From Candidatus Methylomirabilota bacterium (lineage in GTDB: Bacteria; Methylomirabilota; Methylomirabilia; Rokubacteriales; CSP1-6): 35,274 bases of DNA. The first letter of the stretch is position 1. Every line of letters begins with the position of its first letter. Positions 34,912 through 35,274 of this stretch are shown piece after piece. The DNA is taken from NCBI GenBank assembly GCA_036005985.1, contig DASYQB010000262.1, positions 1 through 35,274 of the forward strand. Reading direction: 5' to 3'. The notes under the pieces were generated by a model. The model was given only the letters and a program-made list of their open reading frames with translations, was not told the origin of the DNA and made no database searches. A program made the position numbers and the translations under genes.

Positions 34912-35274
34912 CACCGCTGGCCGAGTTTCGGGGGGTGAGCTTCACCTATCCGCAAGGCGCGGGGGACCGCCCGCCTTTCGAGCTCCGCGAGCTGAGCTTT
35001 TCCGTGGCGGCCGGCGAGGTGCTGGGACTCATCGGCCCCAACGCGGCGGGAAAGACCACGGTCATCCGTCTCCTCTCCCACGTGCTTCGTCCCTCGCGCG
35101 GCGAGATCCTGGTGGGCGGCGAGCGCGTGTCGGCCCTCGGCCGGGCCTCGGTGGCGCGGCAGATCGCCGTGGTGCCTCAGGACGTTCCCCAGGGATTTCC
35201 GTTCACCGTCGAGCAGCTCGTTCTCATGGGCCGCTTCCCGCACGCGCCCGCGCGCTTTTTCGAGAGCCGGGCGG
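34908..35274 (+). CDS. btuD: ABC transporter ATP-binding protein (BtuD/FecE-like), 3' end outside the window
   Basis: This ORF is not in the supplied ORF track, because it runs off the end of the window. GTG 34908 overlaps the btuC stop (GTGA). Translation ...VSFTYP...GEVLGLIGPNAAGKTT (Walker A)...QIAVVPQD. Confidence 0.8.
   Translation, partial: MTPLAEFRGVSFTYPQGAGDRPPFELRELSFSVAAGEVLGLIGPNAAGKTTVIRLLSHVLRPSRGEILVGGERVSALGRASVARQIAVVPQDVPQGFPFTVEQLVLMGRFPHAPARFFESRA

Noticed and set aside
1-35274. I looked for tRNA/rRNA genes, CRISPR arrays, IS elements, integrases, phage genes, toxin-antitoxin pairs and known defence-system hallmarks.
   Set aside because: I saw none of the following: cloverleaf-like conserved tRNA boxes, regularly spaced direct repeats, DDE or tyrosine-recombinase motifs, or terminal inverted repeats. 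The window looks like core chromosome with one small decay scar.

Overview
This is a GC-rich bacterial chromosomal segment with strong third-position G/C bias. It is densely coding, with about 40 genes mostly on the + strand and many start/stop overlaps. The phylum cannot be assigned from sequence alone.

Content from left to right:
- Methionine/folate modules: the tail of a MetH reactivation-domain protein, aroK, and a homocysteine-methyltransferase/MTHFR fusion.
- An amidase.
- A consensus sigma-54 promoter in front of a non-phosphorylatable receiver-like gene.
- An RRM RNA-binding protein with an RGG tail.
- A DUF169/URO-D-like (MT2-type) methyltransferase fusion, divergent from a small HW-motif protein.
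- A CbrA/CrbS-like module: small membrane subunit, SSS-transporter/PAS/histidine kinase and NtrC-type activator, directly upstream of acetyl-CoA synthetase.
- A decayed MFS transporter remnant.
- A DksA/TraR zinc-finger protein, a GDPD-fold protein lacking the catalytic residues, plsC and aroQ.
- An ECF sigma factor fused to a TM helix and an extracytoplasmic domain.
- An acyl-CoA carboxyltransferase, cobS-cobC and an orphan Tat-signal ABC substrate-binding protein.
- A second consensus sigma-54 promoter driving three prepilin/pseudopilin-like genes plus a TPR lipoprotein, with no pilus machinery in the window.
- DoxX, DUF3047 and an Hsp15-like S4 protein.
- A lipoprotein paired with a large exported protein.
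- A clear cobalamin riboswitch controlling cobU-cobT-btuF-btuC-btuD.

I found no tRNA, rRNA, CRISPR array, transposase or integrase.

The candidates most worth follow-up are:
- the sigma-54-driven orphan pseudopilin operon;
- the membrane-tethered ECF sigma factor;
- the DUF169/URO-D fusion locus;
- the lipoprotein/large exported protein pair.

All family assignments come from reading motifs by eye. No database search was run.
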